A stretch of DNA of 64,000 bases, from contig JAUCBJ010007084.1 of assembly GCA_032718475.1 (NCBI GenBank), positions 22,524-86,523 on the forward strand, written 5' to 3'. This DNA comes from Nemertoderma westbladi. Lineage: Eukaryota > Animalia > Xenacoelomorpha. Below, one piece after another: positions 61,712 to 64,000 of the stretch (positions are counted from its first letter, which is position 1; every line of letters begins with the position of its first letter). The notes under the pieces were generated by a model. The model had not been told where the DNA came from. It was given only the letters and a program-made list of their open reading frames with translations, and did no database searches. Both the position numbers and the translations under genes were made by a program.

Positions 61712-63112
61712 TTAAGGTGGTTCTTAAATTTAACGCGCCGCAAATTTCCTTATTATGAATAGAAATTGATAATTCAACAACCGGATTCGTGTACAGTCCC
61801 CTAATTTTTTAATGAAAATACAAAAAATTACACACTAAATAAATTTGGCGCAAAAAAATATAATATTTATGTTACGAATGATATGCACTATGCAAAATAC
61901 TTGGAACATATACATACAGACCTTGCGGTGAAAATACTTTCAGTTTAAAAATATATACGTACATACAAATACATATGCTACATAGACACACACTGCAAAT
62001 GATAAAAATACTTAAATCAAATTTACTTCCAATAAACATTGTTCCATCAAAATAAACTATATTTTATATTTAACTATTGTGTATAACTTTCAACATTCGA
62101 CTAATACTACTAATATAAAAATACAAAAAAAGACACACACCGCTTGGTCTGGCGTTGTAAGATAAGTAAGATTTAAATAATTGTTCAAATTAAACGACAC
62201 AAAAATAAGGGATAGATTGCCAGTCCACCTTATTTAAATAATATATATTTTACTGTGCGCACACAGAATTACATTGTGATGGATATTACTTTTAATATAT
62301 TATTTTTATTAATTATTATATTTTTCGGATATAAATAAATTAGCCAAAAATAAAACACCACCGTGTATCCTAACAGGAAATTTTTTATAAACCCAATGAT
62401 TATTTAATTATTTAATCGGAAGGGGAAATAGACCGGCCAGTCGACATTGATTACTCGACGCGATGTTAGCTCCAGAAACAAACTTCCAGCGAGGGAAGGG
62501 ACAGGCGACATCAAAATCTATCAGATGTCACACAACCATCGGTAATCCAGGGTGTAGACTTCGTCAGCGCCGCGCAGACACGCACTACCGCCAAAGCGCG
62601 TAAGGTGATGCTCGGCTCGGCGCACTTCCCATAACTCACCTGTCAACGGAACTAATTTTCGGACAACCTAATACTGTTATTTACTATCGGTTTTACATGT
62701 TATACTTACCAACCTCTTTTAATCAACTAGGCAATAACACCATATTTGGTAGATTAAATGCCCACAAATCGATTGCATGCAATATCTATAATAACTAACA
62801 TGTATTTCAATAATAAAGGTGTAGCGCTATTAAATTGATAATAGCCGCTCCGCCACTTTCCGTCCTAAGACTATATGTAGTCAAATTAACCTAATAATTA
62901 TTTATGTGAGACTTCAAATCAAGTAATGATTTGTACTAGTTTTATTTTACTTTTTATCATGTAAGTACCAACATTAATTTAACTCGAACATTTATCCCTA
63001 GTCCCCAGTTAAATTAATTAAACGTCAAAGCAGTCTTACATTGAGTTTGTTGTAATTGGAAAAACTTAGACTTTCGCCTCATCGAGAGCCATTTCTACGG
63101 TGGCCCACAACT

Positions 63113-63445
63113 GCCAGGACAGGAAACAAAGAGCAGGGCAAAATAAAAAGAAGCCAGGGCAGAAAACAAAGAGCAGGGCAAAATACAAAGAAGCCAGGGC
63201 AGAAAACAAAGAGCAGGGCAAAATAAAAAGAAGCCAGGGCAGAAAACAAAGAGCAGGGCAAAATAAAAAGAAGCCAGGGCAGAAAACAAAGAGCAGGGCA
63301 AAATACAAAGAAGCCAGGGCAGAAAACAAAGAACAGGGCAAAATAAAAAGAAGCCAGGGCAGAAAACAAAGAGCAGGGCAAAATACAAAGAAGCCAGGGC
63401 AGAAATCAAAGAACAGGGCAAAATAAAAAGAAGCCAGGGAAGAAA
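63113..63445. repeat. 40-bp tandem repeat, ~8 copies (20-bp sub-period)
   Basis: agaaaacaaagagcagggcaaaata[a/c]aaagaagccagggc repeated. Confidence 0.95.
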
Positions 63446-63553
63446 TTAAAATATAAAAAAGTATTAATAAAATGCATAACAATAGAGCCGATATCATATA
63501 CAGTATTTATGTTAAATAATTAAAGTAAAAGAATTAATACTGTTTAAATTACC

Positions 63554-64000
63554 ATGGAAAATTCTAACGCGGAACATTACCTATATGAAAAGGAACTTAT
63601 TTCGTACTATTTTAATTGTGGGTACTCATACAATGAAATAATAGGATTTCTAAGTGGTTTTGGACTAAAGCTCAGTTATCGTTCTTTATTGCGGAGGCTA
63701 CTTAGGTATGGGCTTTGCAGACGAAAAAGTGCTTCAACGATTCCAGAGAGGATAATAAGAGCTGAAATTCAGAAGGTAGTTTCGGGACCGGGTTCTCTTG
63801 GAGGATACAGACATGTGTGGCACGCCCTTAAACTAAAAGGACTAACAGTTCCCAGACTGCTAGTGCAACAATTGCTTCAAGAAGTAGATCCGGAAGGTAC
63901 TGCCATTCGTCAATCCCATAAACTTAAACGAAGGGTATATTACAATCCAGGACCAAACCATTCATGGCACATGGATGGATATGATAAAATAAAACCATGG
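63554..64000 (+). CDS. IS3EU-like / integrase-core DDE transposase, N-terminal 149 aa, truncated by window end
   Basis: Manual translation MENSNAEHYL...GYRHVWHALK...VDPEG..RRVYYNPGPNHSWHMDGYDKIKPW; HTH region plus first catalytic Asp (WHMDG). Confidence 0.85.
   Translation, partial: MENSNAEHYLYEKELISYYFNCGYSYNEIIGFLSGFGLKLSYRSLLRRLLRYGLCRRKSASTIPERIIRAEIQKVVSGPGSLGGYRHVWHALKLKGLTVPRLLVQQLLQEVDPEGTAIRQSHKLKRRVYYNPGPNHSWHMDGYDKIKPW

Larger units (their letters stand above)
63096..64000 (+). mobile_element. Left part of an IS3EU-like DNA transposon
   Basis: TACGGTGGCC candidate terminus (TAY type), subterminal 40-bp array, then a DDE transposase ORF; the other end is not in the window. Confidence 0.6.

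Noticed and set aside
63066-63497. Hydrophobic or basic repeat ORFs on both strands
   Set aside because: Translation artefacts of the 40-bp tandem repeat.

Overview
AT-rich eukaryotic (probably invertebrate) repeat cluster with no recognisable host gene. About 54 kb is occupied by three unusually large BEL/Pao LTR retrotransposons from two divergent families. Element A (minus strand, 5' LTR 34038-34960, running off the window start) is split by element B (minus, 2363-22419, 5-bp TSD GCCCT). Element C (plus, 39612-58523) is a young relative of A. All three carry, in the env position, a ~1240-aa non-env ORF with DEDDy 3'-5' exonuclease-like motifs, three CCHC knuckles and an RG tail. They also show family-specific palindromes dispersed through coding and non-coding DNA, no tRNA-type PBS (the PBS position instead complements a site inside the LTR in B and C), a second PPT copy and a conserved structured block upstream of the extra ORF. 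Family A/C LTRs have TA...TA ends and a tRNA-like Pol III cassette. Also present: a decayed RTE-like LINE interrupted by a 3x369-bp array carrying minimal hammerhead ribozymes, a hammerhead-bearing 105-bp inverted repeat inside B, a piggyBac-like non-autonomous element, and the start of an IS3EU-like DNA transposon. Domain calls are from motif recognition by eye; no searches were run.
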